64,000 nucleotides of DNA from NCBI GenBank assembly GCA_030390025.1, contig CM059431.1:137766001-137830000 (forward strand), in the 5' to 3' direction. Shown here one piece after another: positions 49,011 to 62,487 of this stretch (the stretch's first letter is position 1; each line of letters starts with the position of its first letter). The position numbers and the translations under genes are program-made. The notes under the pieces are model-generated. The model was not told the DNA's origin, searched no databases, and worked only from the letters and a program-made list of their open reading frames with translations. Source of the DNA: Squalus acanthias (lineage: Eukaryota).

Positions 49011-50356
49011 CATAGAAAAGGATCAGTAAAAGGTGTTGGAGTGGCAGTGTTAGTGAATCATGAAATTACAGCGCTAGGAAACAATGACATCACAGACGTT
49101 GCAATGAGACAGAATTCACAGGGACAGGGTTAAGGATCAGGTAAAGCCAAAGTACAATTCTCGATGTACATAACCGAACGGTAAGCGTTTATGATAGAAG
49201 GGGGGAATTGCAGCCAGTTCAAAGGATAATGTAAGAACAAAAGCTTAATAATATTGGGAGATTGTATCTATCCCAAGGTAAACAGCGATACACTGAATAT
49301 GCGTGGTCAAAGTGGAGAACACATTTTAGAATGGATACGGGACTGCTTGTCAGTTCAGCATGTTTCAATTCAACAAGAAAAGAAACATCGCTTGGTTTCA
49401 TTCTGTAAATTTGAGTGTAGTAAATAACTGCATTGAGAGTAGGCGAGCAACTTGGAAATAGTGACCACCACATGTTGGAGAAAGGGGCGCATCAGAATGT
49501 TGGCCATTTTAACTTTGGGTAATAATGTAAAACGGATGATATAGGTTGGACCGCTCGTGATAAATCTCACGAAATTTTCCTTTCAATTAAAGTCATTCGG
49601 GAGAGATGTAAAACCGGCTGCCGATTCACTATCACTCGTTTTTCACTACGGAATTCCGCCAGAATTACTCCCAGGGCAAGGAAATTCGAACGGGTCTATA
49701 ATGGGCGGCTAAATGGACATCACCCATTGACCACTATCGCCCAGAGTTAAAATTACCCACAATGTGAAACTTCAAATGAAGGCGTCTGATGAAGTTTGGG
49801 GCTATTAATGTTAAATATAATCACGTGGAATGTAAAAAGTTTAATGGCGTTTTCAAACGGGAGAGTGGAAGGTTTAAAATAGGGTATTAAGCTGACAACA
49901 GGTAGCATAACAGCAAATAATGAGGGCTTTTTTAAATATACAAAATTAAACAATTAGTTAGACAGGGTAGGACCGATCAGGAATAATGTATGCGGTGGTG
50001 GGTAATTATGACATTGTGTGATGGTGTAAAATGGACGATATAGAATTATCCGCCCAATATACACCATGAAGTCAATCGAATGGAAAATTGGGCGTGGCAT
50101 AAAATGGCGACCAATTCAATAACGTCCATTTTGCACCCGCGCCCAAAGTTAAAATTGCCCCCATGGAGTCTAATTGAGATGAATGTATGGTAATGATAGC
50201 TGATCTCATATATTAAGAAATGATCCAGCTTCGGATCACTGTTGTTGATTTCTGGTGTCCTGCGGTGCTGAGTTTCCATTATTACACTGATTTGCTGGAC
50301 TTGTGGAAGCTGTTTTCCAACAGTTACTGAAGATAATGATTCTGATTCCATTTCAG

Positions 50357-53300
50357 TGAACAGGCATCTCAGAACAGGAAAGCCTGGATCAAGCGGATGT
50401 TCTTCAGCTCCTTGACATACCTGGCACCACTCTCACTGCTGGCAAGTTTCATCATTTCAACACATCAAGAAAAAGCCTCGCCGATATAATGGGAGAGGAC
50501 TTGGCCCACATTTCGCTGATCTGTGCGGTATGACTCTCTTTTTATATCCTGAGTCTAACCAATGAATATCTGCCAGTGTTAGGCGTCTATATGTTTGATT
50601 GGACTGCATAGATGGATCACTATTCCATATCTCGGTCTGTACCTGCCCCGTGAGTCTTTGAGGAGAAAATACAGAGGGAGTTAACTGTGTATCAAACCCG
50701 TATTCTCACCCAAACAGTGTATAAAGAGCTTTACTCTGTATCTAACCCGTGCTATACCTTCCCAGGGAGGTTTTGATGGGACATTGTATGGAAAGCTTCA
50801 AACTGTATCTAACCTGTGCTGTACATACCCAGGGAGTGTTTAATGGGACAGTATAGATGGAGCTTTACTCTGTATCTGACGCATGTTTTATCTAACCCAT
50901 ACTGTACTTTACCTCATGTTAGTTGATGTGATTGTTTGATTGGGTATTGTACAGGACGTTTTATTCTGTATCTGACGCATGCTGCACCTTCCCTGTGGGT
51001 GTTTGATGGGAACAGTGTAGGGAGAGCTTTACTCCGTATATAACCTATGCTGTACCTACCCTGGGAGTGTTTTATGGGACAGTATAGATGGAGCTTTACT
51101 CTGTATCTGACGCATGCTTTATCTAACCCTTACTGTTTATATCCTGACGGCAGTTGATGTGTGCGTTTGATGGGATATTGTAGAGGGAGTTCTGCTCTGT
51201 ATCTGACCAGTGCCGTACCTGCCCTGGAAATATTAAATGGGACATTGTAGAGGGAGCTTTAGTTTGTATCTAACCCGTGCTGTACCTGCCCTGTGTTTGA
51301 TGGGAAAGTGTAGAGGGAGGTTTACTGTGTGTCAAACTCCTACTGTACCTAACCTGATGGTAGTTGATGGTAGGTGTAGCTGATCTTAGTCTTGCTTTGG
51401 CACATAAGATGCTAGCATTTTCTCTGGGCATAGAATGAGGTGTTGGTAGAGAAGAATTTTATATATTTCTTAGAAATAATGATGTTGTTCCACTTCTCCG
51501 GTCATTTTCAATCTTGCAAATTAAGGTTGGAAATCAGATTTGCTTTGATGTCCACTTCACATGCTCATTTTTAGCTATGTTGAGCTCAGATGTTCGGCCT
51601 TTGACTTACTTCTAGATTTCTCAAGAACTGAAAGTGCTTGTCATGTAATAGGGTCCAGCGCTTTATTTTATCAAGAGAAGCTCAATCTGACCTGCAATGG
51701 ACCGTGGTAACACGTTACCATAAACGTGAATTACAAAGATTGCAATGGGAGAGTTTTACTCCACCTTTATTACAGACCTGCTCAATGTGACACTTTGCTC
51801 CTCTTCTCTTCTGGCTAGTGGTGTGTATCTACAACCTGGAACTGGTTAACCGGAGCCAGTTACGCTCTGGCGCTGATTATGCTGATCGGATTCATGTTCG
51901 TTTCGATATTCCTTTCAAAATGCTACTCCAGGTAAATGTTACTCTTACAGCGGAAGATGCAGTGGAACAAAAACAAAGGGAAAGTGACGTAAAGGGATAA
52001 TACTAGGGAGACTGAAAGAGTCAGATATAGGGAGAGAGAGCAGTAATAGATGAAGGAAGCTAGATAGTGTCAGAAAGAGAGACAGACATCCTCAAATAGA
52101 CAGCGAGACCTAAGAGAAAAACACAGAGACAAGGAGAGACAGAAACAGAGAGAGGGGGCTTAAAGCGAAATACAGGCGAAGCAGTGGGACAGAGATATAA
52201 AGAAGCAGAGAGAGAGAAGAAAGGCAGGGACAGAAAAAGAGAGCGAGGAGTCCAAGAGAACGGCAGGAAAAAAAAGAAAGGCAGAAAGAGAGAGAGCGAA
52301 CGAGATTTTGAGACAAGAGAGATACAGCGAGAGAGAAGAGAGAGTTTGAAGGAGACTATTATCAGTGGAGGGGTAGGTATTTAACCAGGGAGGAAGACTT
52401 CTGCAGGTGCAGTTTGCCAGATGTAAAATAATGCTAAATTGTGACTGAGGAGACGAGGAAACTGCTCATCCACACATGGTATCCTGGGCTGTGCTGATTT
52501 TCTTCCTCCATTTTTCAGCACCAAAACTACCCTATCGATGAAGGAGAAAAAGAAACTAGAAGCAACCCGTCATACAGAACAGAATGGACTATTGCAAAGA
52601 AGCATACCGACAACTGGACAACCAGGAACACTACAGACAGTTACCCGCAGATCCGACCAAAGAACACACCCGTCAACTCAATAAACTGATCAAGACCTTC
52701 GATCCAGACCTTCAAAGCCTCCTACGCGCTCTCATCCCACGTACTCCCCGCGTAGGAGACTTTTACTGCCTCCCAAAGATACACAAAGCCAACACACCCG
52801 GACGTCCTATCGTATCAGGCAACGGAACCCTGTGTGAGAACCTTTCTGGGTACGTCGAGGGCATCCTGAAACCCATCGTACAGGGAACCCCCAGCTTCTG
52901 TCGCGACACTACAGACATCTTGCAGAAACTCAGCACCCATGGACCAGTTGAACCAGGAACACTCCTCGCCACGATGGACGTATCGGCACTCTACACCAAT
53001 ATCCCCCACGATGACGGCATCGCTGCGACAGCCTCAGTACTCAACACCAACAACAGCCAATCTCCAGACGCCATCCTACAACTCATCCGCTTCATCCTTG
53101 ACCACAATGTCTTCACCTTCGACAACCAGTTTTTTACCCAAACACACGGAACAGCCATGGGGACCAAATTCGCACCCCAATACGCCAACATCTTCATGCA
53201 AAAGTTCGAGCAAGACTTCTTTGCTGCACAGGACCTCCAACCAACGCTGTACACCAGATACATCGACGACATCTTCTTCCTTTGGACCCACGGCGAAGGA

Positions 53301-55001
53301 TCACTGAAAGGACTGCACGATACCATCAACAGATTCCATCCCACCATCAAACTCACCATGGACTACTCCTCAGAATCGGTTTCATTCTTGTACACACGAA
53401 TCTCTATCAAAGACGGACACCTCAGCACTTCACTCTACCGCAAGCCCACGGACAACCTCACGATGCTCCACTTCTCCAGCTTCCACCCTAACCACGTTAA
53501 AGAAGCCATCCCCTATGGACAAGCCCTGCGAATACACAGGATCTGCTCAGACGAGGAGGAACGCGATGGACAACTACGGACACTGAAAGACGCCCTCGTA
53601 AGAACGGGATATGACGCTCGACTCGTCGATCGACAGTTCCGATGGGCCACAGCGAAAAACCGCATAGACCTACTCAGAAGGCGAACACGGGACACAACCA
53701 ACAGAGTACCCTACGTCGTCCAGTACTTACCCGGAGCGGAGAAACTACGCCATGTTCTTCGCAGCCTTCAACATGTCATCGATGACGATGAACACCTTGC
53801 TAAGGCCATCCCCACGCCTCCACTACTCGTCTTCAAGCAGCCACCTAAACTCAAAAGTACCATCGTTCGCAGCAAATTACCCAGCTGTCAGGAGAACAGC
53901 GAACACGACACCACACAACACTGCCACGGCAACCTCTGCAAGACATGCCAGATAATCAACACAGATACCATCATCACACGTGAGGACACTACCCACCAGG
54001 TACATGGTACATACTCATGTGACTCGGCCAACGTTGTCTACCTGATACGTTGTAGGAAAGGATTGCCCGGAGCATGGTATATCGGCGAGACCACACAGAC
54101 ACTGAGACAACGTATGAACGGATACCTCGCAACAATCACCAGGCAGGATTGTTACCTCCCAGTCGGGGAACACTTCAGCAGTCAAGGACATTCACCCTCG
54201 GATCTGCGGGTTAGCGTTCTCCAAGGCGGCCTTTGAGACACACGACAACGCAAAATCATCGAGCAGAAACTGATAGCCAAGTTCTGCACCCATGAGGACG
54301 GCCTCAATAGGGATCTCGGGTTCATGTCACGCTACAGACGGTGACTCGACATCGTTGTCTGTCTTTCCAGTTTTAAAAAATAACACAAAATAAAGAAAAC
54401 TCCAAAAAAAGGTTAAAAGCTCAACTGCAGATGGCAGGATTTGACACGTTGGACCCCCTGTGAGCCACCTCATTGTCTTGGCTGTGCTCTGGTGTGTCTT
54501 TGATGTAATGCCTCCCTGAAAGATTGTATCTCTGCAGACAAATTGCTTTCTGTGTTTATATACTGTGTGTGTAATACTGTAGATTCCCTCATTGTACCTT
54601 TACCTGACGAAGGGGCAACAGCTCCGAAAGCACGTAATTTTAAATAAATCTGTTGGGCTATTACCTGGTGTTGTGCGACTTCTCATTTATGTGCAATGTG
54701 TTGTGGTTGAGAAAAAGATGAATTTTCCATGTCTTCCTGTCCTCTCTCTAATTCTAAAACTCTACCTATTTTCTTCTCTGAATCTACATTTGCATTACAT
54801 TTGCCTTTTAGTGGCCCCGTATTTACCTTCTGTATTTGCATATCTGTTTCTCGACAATTACTTTCACCAGACATTCCAGTTTTTGATGCAATTCATTCTT
54901 GAATTTCCTTTATTAACACGGGAACACTCCTTTCTTTGTTTCATGCACAGCTCTATGAGATGTACCTCTATCAGTGTGTCTCTGAACAGGAACTGAGCTA
55001 A
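50357..55001 (+). pseudogene. Partial pseudogene of the 109-7118 gene (exons C' 50357-50527, D' 51819-51931, E' 52519-52570 plus about 54688-54717, F' 54945-55001)
   Basis: Exons A and B absent; 1 bp deletion in C' (171 vs 172 nt); Penelope inside E'; donor gt changed to at after E'; acceptor ag changed to at before F'. Confidence 0.9.
52571..54687 (+). mobile_element. Penelope-like retroelement, 5'-truncated; RT plus GIY-YIG ORF 52584-54236
   Basis: FYCLPKIHK, PGRPIVS, MDVSALYTNI, GTAMG, RYIDDIF, VYLIRC..WYIGET. The frame continues past TGA as DTRQRKIIEQKLIAKFCTHEDGLNRD. Confidence 0.95.
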
Positions 55002-55074
55002 AACTGACCAGCAGTAGGACTTTGGAAAGTGAGACATTAATATGATACGATTTCTAACTCGGGGCTGCCATAAG

Positions 55075-57470
55075 CGCACGGTGGTATAGTGTTTATGTTA
55101 CTGGGCTAGTAATCCAGAGGCCTGTGATAATGATCTGGAGACGAGAGTTCAAATCCCACCATGGTAGCTGAGGAATTTAAAATCAGTTCATTAAATAAAA
55201 GTCTGGATTAAAAAGCTAGTATCAGTAATGGTGACCGTGAAACTATCGGATTGTCATAAAAAAAATCTGATTCAATAATGTCCTTGAGGGAATGAAATCT
55301 GCTGTCCTTACCTGGTTTGGCCTATATATGACTCCAGACCCACATAAATGTGCTTGACTTTTAAGTACCCTCTGAAATGGACTAGCAAGTCACTCAGTAG
55401 CAACAAACCGCTTTAAATAAGAATAAATCCGGACGGACCACTCGGCTTCACACCGTCTACGGACACAACAACAGCACAGCCAGCCTAGTCGACCCTGCAA
55501 AGTCCTCCTCAGGAACATCTGGAGATTTGTGCCAACATTGGGAGAAGCTGTTTCACAGACTAGTCAGGCAACAGCCTGACAAAGTCATACTCACAGAATC
55601 ATAACTTTCAGCCAATGTCCCAGACTCCTCCATCACCATCCCTGGGTATGTCCTGTTCCACCGGCAGGACAGACCCAACAGAGGTGGCGAGACAATCGTG
55701 AAGGAGTGGCCCTGGGTGTCCTCAGCATTGACTCCGGACCCCATGAAGTCTCATGGGCAAGCTAAACAGCCTGCTGATTAACATCTACCGCCCTCACTCA
55801 GCTGATCAATCAGTACTCCTCCAAGTTGAACACCACTTGGCAGAAGCACTGAGAGTAGCAAAGGCACAGAATGTACACTAGGTGGCGGTATCCAATGTCC
55901 ATCACCAAGAGTGGCTCGGTAGCACCACTGCTGGCCGAGTCCTGAAGGATATAGCTTCCAGACTGGGCCTGCGGCAGATAGTGAGAGAAGCATGGAAAAC
56001 CCTACATGACCTCGTTCTGACCAATCTACCAGTCGCAGATGCATCTGTCCATGGTAGCAGTGATCACCGCACAGTCATTATGGAGACGAAGTCCCGTTTT
56101 CACACTGAGGACACCCTCCATCGTGTTGTGTGGCACTACCATCGTGCTAAATGGGAAATTCGGAACAGATCTAGCAACTCAAAACTGGGCATCCATGAGG
56201 CGCTGTGGGCAATTAGCTGTAGCAGAATTGTATTCCATCACAATCTGTAACCTCATGCCCAGCATTTCCCTCATTCTACCATTATCATCAAGCCAGGGGA
56301 CCAACCCTCGTTCAATAAGTTGTGCAAAAGAGCCTGCCGGAGAACCACCATGCGTACCTAAAAATCAGTTGCCAAACTTGGGAAGATTCAACACAGGACT
56401 ACATGCATGCTAAACACTGGAAGCAGCCTGCTATAGACAGAGCTAAGCGATCCCAAAACTCAGATCAAAACTCTTCAGTCCTGCCACATCCAGCCGTGAA
56501 TGCTGGTGTAAAAATAAGCAACTAACGGGAGGAGGAGGTTCCATGAATATCCCCATATTCAATGATGGCGGAGCCCAGAACGTGAGGCTAAAAGACAAGG
56601 CTTGCACAAATCTTCAGCCAGAAGTGCCGAGTAGATGTTCCATTTTGGCGTCCTCCTGAGGTCGCCACCATCAGAGAAGCTAGTCTTCTGCCAATTCGAT
56701 TCCATCACTTGATACCAAGAAACGGCTGAGCGCTCTAGATGCAACAAAAGCTATGGTCCCCGACAAAATTCCGGCTATCGTGCTGAAGACTTGTGCTCCA
56801 GAACTAGCTGCGCCTCTAGCCAAGCTGTTCCGGTACAGCTTCAACACTGGTATCTATCCGACAATGTGAAAAACTGCCCAGGTATGTCCTGTCCACAAAA
56901 AGCAGGACAAATCCAACCTGGCCAATTACCGCCCCTTCAGTCTACACGCAATCATCAGCAAAGTGATGGAAGGTGTCAAGTCGTCAAGTGGCACTTACTC
57001 ACCAATAACCTGCTCACCGATGCTCAGTTTGTGTTCCGCCAGATCCACTGGGCTCCAGACCTCATTACAGCCTTGGTCCAAACATGGACAAAAGAGCTGA
57101 ATTCAGAGGAGAGGTGAGAGTGACTGCCCTTGACAACAAGGCAGCATTTGACCGGTTTGGCTTCAAGCAGCCCTAGTAAAACTGAAGCCAATGGGAATCA
57201 GGGGAAAAATCTCAACTTGCTGGAATCATACCTAGCACAAAGGAAGATGGTTATGGGGGTTGGAGATGAATCATCACAGCCCCAGGACAACGTTGAAGAC
57301 TTGTGCTGATAAGCGGCAAGTAACTTTCGCGCCACACAAGTGCCAGGCAATCACTATCTCCAACAAGAGAGATTTTAATCACCACCCCTTGACATTCAAC
57401 GACATTATCATCACTGAATACCCCAGCATCAATATCCTGGGGTTCTCCATTGACCAGAAACTTAACTATG
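55075..57470 (+). mobile_element. Paralogous copy of the SINE-headed LINE, with internal deletions
   Basis: Colinear with 7193-9835. Confidence 0.85.
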
Positions 57471-57998
57471 ATGCTCTGCTCATTATAATAGATTGATCTC
57501 TGCAGCCCAACGTCCCCCCTCCCATCAACCTCTTCATTATAAATGGAACAAACTACCTAGATGCATCTGTTTGAGGGGACTGGCAAGCATGGCCTGCTTA
57601 TTACAGCAACGTTCATTTATATACCGCATTTAAATTAATAAAACGCCCCAAGGTGCTTCCAATGAGCGTAATCAGACACAAAAGGGCTAAGGACCCAAAG
57701 AAGGAGACAGGTGGGCAGGTGACCAAAAGCGTGATCAGAGGTAGGTTTTAAGGAGAGTCTTTAAGGAGAGGAGAAATGCAGAGTTCCAGGGAGGCAATTT
57801 CGGTTTTTAGAACGTATACAACTAAAGGCACGGCTGCCAATGTTGGGTCGAAGAATGTGGAGGATACACAGGAGGAAATTTTTGCTCATCCTTGAATGTA
57901 GTGCAGACAAGCTATTTGACAACACAGAGACAGTGGAGGAGTTAAGAGAGTTGGTGGTGCGGTAGAGTTGTGTGTCTTCAGCATACACGTGGAATCTG

Positions 57999-59402
57999 GT
58001 ACAATAGCAAAATACTGCGGCTGCTGGAAAACTGAAATAACAACAGAAAGCGCTGGAAAAACTCAGCAGGCCAGGCAACATCCGTGGAGAGAGAAACAGA
58101 GTTAACGTTTCAGGTCGAAGACCCTTCGTCAGAACTGAGAAAAAAGCAGGAAATTAAACAGATGAAAAAGCAAGATTGGAGGCTGGGGGAGGGAATAAAA
58201 GAACAAAAGGGAAGGTAAGTGAGAAGTAAAGAGACAATTGGCCCGAAAATTAGACCTAATACGCGAGAGTACGCACTGTGTACTCTCGCGTTTTCGGTCT
58301 CCAATTGCCAGTTTCCTGCATGCACTGCGCATGCGCGGGAAACCGGCAATTCGTGAATTCAAAAGGGGGCGGTTCCTAAGTGAACCGCGTGCGTGCTACA
58401 GGCTGCGCGCACGCAGCGCACTAAGTTATTTTTTCAGGTTTGTGGTGAAGATTTTACACATAAACAAAGCAGGCGTAGGACCCCCTTTTAACAAGGTAAG
58501 TAGTTAATTAAGTGTTTTTTAAAAAAAATTTCAACAGGTTTATCTTTTTTAGAGAGTTTAAAGAAAGGTAAGTTTATTTTTATAACTTTTAAAAAGATTT
58601 TAAATTTTTTCAGAAATTTAATTTTTTGTTTAAAGTGGTTAATTTGTTTAACTATACTTATTTTATTAATGTGAACGCTTTTTTAAAATTTAATTGAGGT
58701 TTAGCTGTTCTTTTGGTGGTTTGTAATATTCACAGCTTTGACAGCTCTTGCCGTCAAAACTATGAATGAAAGATGGTGTGCTGCCATTGGCTCTAACTGA
58801 ATCACGTGCTCCCAGAGCTCGCACGAACTAATTGCGTCTCTGGGTAACGCAAGCACTGCACAGTTGCATGTGGCAGAGGGCTTGAATCCAGAGTTCGTGT
58901 GGGCCCAGAGGAAAAAGGTAGGCGTGGAGTGAGATAACGCAGGGAAGCCTTACCCCCGCGGGAACGCTCACTGTTTAATTTCTGGGCCATTAAGAGATAT
59001 TCGAGGCGAGACGAGATGGTAATAGGACAGGATAAGAAACAATAGATGGCTCAAGATGAAGTGTGAAATGCGCTGGCAGAATGAAAGACAGCTGCAATGT
59101 GGGAGATGGAAAAAAAAAGGAAAAGGCACAAACCAAAAGTGTGGATAAAAATATATAAATATGGTAGGGGCCGAGGTTATGATCTGAAATTGTTGAACTC
59201 GATATTGAGTCCGGAAGGTTGTAAAGTGCCTAATCGGAAGATGAGGTGCTGTTCCTCGAGCTTATGCTGAGCTTCCGTGGAACAATGCAAGAGGCCGAGG
59301 ACGGTGAGGTCTGAGTGGGCGTGGAGTGGTGAATTAAAATGACAGGCGACCGGAAGCTCGGGGTCACCCTTACGGACTGAACGGAGGTGTTCCACAAAGC
59401 GC
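57999..59402 (-). mobile_element. Penelope-like 3' fragment (second family) inserted in L2 and itself interrupted by a MITE
   Basis: RFVEHLRSV...PVACHFN...EEQHLIFRLGTLQPSGLN (GIY-YIG C-terminus); direct repeat tggaatctg at 57990-57998 and 59403-59411; empty site at about 10376. Confidence 0.85.
58240..58988. mobile_element. ~750 bp MITE family copy
   Basis: Ends ggcccgaaaatt / aatttctgggcc; exact TSD ATT. Confidence 0.82.
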
Positions 59403-62400
59403 TGGAATCTGATGTTGTGTTTCCGGCTGATGTCGCCAAGGAGCAGCATGTAGATGCGAAATAGAAGGATCAATGAGTATAGCCTTTGGGGTTAGAGGTA
59501 ACGGTGCGAGAGCGCGAGGATAAGCCATTGCAGGCTATTCTCTGGCTCAGATTGTATCGGTAAGAGTGTAACCAGACGAGGGCAGTTCCACACAGCTGGA
59601 AAATGGAGGAGAGGCGTGGAGAAGTATAGTGTGGTTAACCGAGTCAAAGACGGGAAGAATGAAGAGGAATAATGCAACATGGTCACAGACACTGAGGATA
59701 TAATTTGTGACTTCGTAAAGGGCCGTTTCATGTGCTGTACAAAGGAAGAAACTTGATTGGATAGATTGAAGCAGGGGACTTGCGGGATAGATGGACGCCA
59801 ATTTGGGAGGCGACAATAATTTCAAGTATTTAGAAAGGAATATGATGATGGAATGGGGCGGTAGCTTGCAAAAGTCAGAGGAGTCAAGGGTGGATTTGTC
59901 AGGAGTGACTGATGGCGGCAGATGTGAAAGCGAGGGGGACAGTACCAGAGCAGAGGGAACCGTTCACAATATCAGATAACCTGGGGCGAGGAAGAGAAAC
60001 TGGATGGTCAGCAGTTTAGTGGGAATGGGGTTCAAGCAGCAGGAGGTGGTGTTCGTGGACAACATGAGCTTACACGATGGGTAATAGTGGAATTAACGGC
60101 AATACAGTAAGTGTTTAATTAAATTACAGGACAGGTAAAATTAGGGGAATGCAACAACTCTTTAATTAAAATAGAAGAAAGGAGACTTAAGGGGAATACA
60201 ACAATTGCTTACTTATTAATAGAATAACGGGGACTATAGGGAAGCACAGTAAATGTTTAATTAAAAATAGAGAACAAGGTCATTTTGAGGAATGCAGCAA
60301 TAATTTAATTAGAATAAAGTAAAGGTGACTTTACAGGAACACAGTAACTATTAAATTAGAAATAGAGAAGATGGGAATTTAGGGGAACACAGTAACTGTG
60401 TAATTAGAAACTGGGGCCCGTGGAACGTACCAGCAATGTATGTACAAGTAGGTGACAGGGAAGACAGCAACTGTTTAATAACAAAATTACGTCACGGGAA
60501 TGTCCGGAAAACACAGCGACTGTACTGAGTAATAGAGAAATTAAGGGAACACGGACACTGTTGAATTAGGAACAGGGGGCAGGAGAATCCCAACCATATG
60601 GGACTTAATTTGACACGGTAATGTAATGGTTAACCTGTTCATGCCTTTGCTCTCTATTTTACATGTTGATATGAGATGATGAGGTTGATTACACATCGCC
60701 TTCTCACGATTGTAACTGGGTGCAGATGCATCGCTGACTGATAGTATTAAAACCCCTGCCTGCTGCCTGACTCGTGACTTAAATACTGTTGGCCGTCTGA
60801 ATCCAGTTAAATGAGAATGTGCCTATTACACAGAACAGCCCGCAATTCAACCCCACTTCATTCTGAAGCTGGATGCCAACCGGATTGGCAGAGCGCGGGC
60901 TCCACGGGAAATGAAACCATGAGGGGTTTGGCATTTTGAACCAATACAGTGTAACGTTAGCAGATTCAAGACAGTCTGACTAACCCTTACTTCATAGAAC
61001 CCCCTCTATTGGCGTTAGAGTATTTAAGGCCATCACAAAATAACATCCTAACAGCATCATATTTGTATCTCGACGTATTCTATGGCGCAGTTCTCTACCT
61101 ATTATTTTTACACATGTTCGCACTCTCTGGAGCCACATTAACCATTTCATGTAGTGGTGATGTCAGCGTAACTGACCATGTCATGGACCCGTGCTCCGGG
61201 GCATTTCATCATACATATCATATGCTGGTTGCTTCACCTACAACACGTCACTTCTCCACACACATCATCCAGTACAAGATTCATCAAACGATCGGCGATC
61301 TGGAGTTGCTTCTTTAGAATCTCCCCCTGAATGGTCACAATTTTTCGGGTAGTGAGTGACCAAGCTATCAAATACATTCTTCTCATTGTTCAGTACAAGC
61401 AAGGTCACAACAAGCTCCAAGAGAAAGTTATCAATTAACTATCTTAACTAAATTTTCCTGAATTTCACTAGATTGTGCATTGACAACAGACTCGTATATT
61501 TTGGCGAATGGTGCCCAGGGGATTTAAGTTAAAAAGATAGAAGCAGACGGATCCATTAGCTGAGAGATCAAAAACTAACGACCATAGATAAAAGAAATGT
61601 CAGAGATATATAAGTGAGTGTTGGATAAAACTCGTTACACAGAGAGTTCTGAGACTGTGGATTTCACGGAGGCAGCAATTATGTCAATATTCAATATCAA
61701 ATTGGATAGATGAATGAACAAAAAGTGGTAGAAGGGATGTTGAGTCGGGCGGGTAATGGGATTGGACTATTTGCTCGGGTGGAGTGTAAACGCCGACAAG
61801 GACTGGTTGGTTCCAACATTGTGATGACCAGTTGAGATTTTAAGTAAATATCTGTGAACAAAGATGTCTAATGTCACATTGACGAGTCAAGTTCCTACTG
61901 TCTCCATCATCAGACACTGGTCAGGAGACAGGGCCCCGTTCTATTGGTCCAGGAGACAATGAAGGGCGGAGTCTGATGGGGAGACCACCGCCTGCAACAT
62001 TCACACCGAGATTACAGAATTACAGATAACCTCCATTATAACACATTGTTTCTACACTAAAGAAAACTTTATCTGTTAATTAAACTGAGCGTTTCATTCC
62101 AGTACCTGCGCTGTGAGGCAGTTAACGCTGACGCCCACATGTTCTACTCCACTGCTGAAGCTCAGTCTTGACTGTTCTCTTTGAAGCTTGAGCGGGAAGG
62201 GCGCTGTTTTACGGGAATCGATTATGTTCACCCGGGGAAAGCAGCAGACATCAAACACACGGCACAAAGTGGAGGAAATATTTTCTGATACCTGTTCATT
62301 CTCACAACAACAATCCATTTCCGTCGTAACAGAAAGACGGCCGTTCTAAAATGGAACACGGGCTGTAATTTAACTCTAGTTTGAACAGGAATGCTGGTTT

Positions 62401-62487
62401 ATTTTTACATTTATTTAAACAGAGCAATCCATTTTCATCGTAGTAGAATTGAGCTCCAGTTCGGTCAGGAAGGTTTGCTTTAATTTT

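Noticed and set aside
54234..54236. Programmed readthrough or selenocysteine at the Penelope TGA
   Set aside because: A CpG transition CGA to TGA is simpler; no SECIS or readthrough context is evident.
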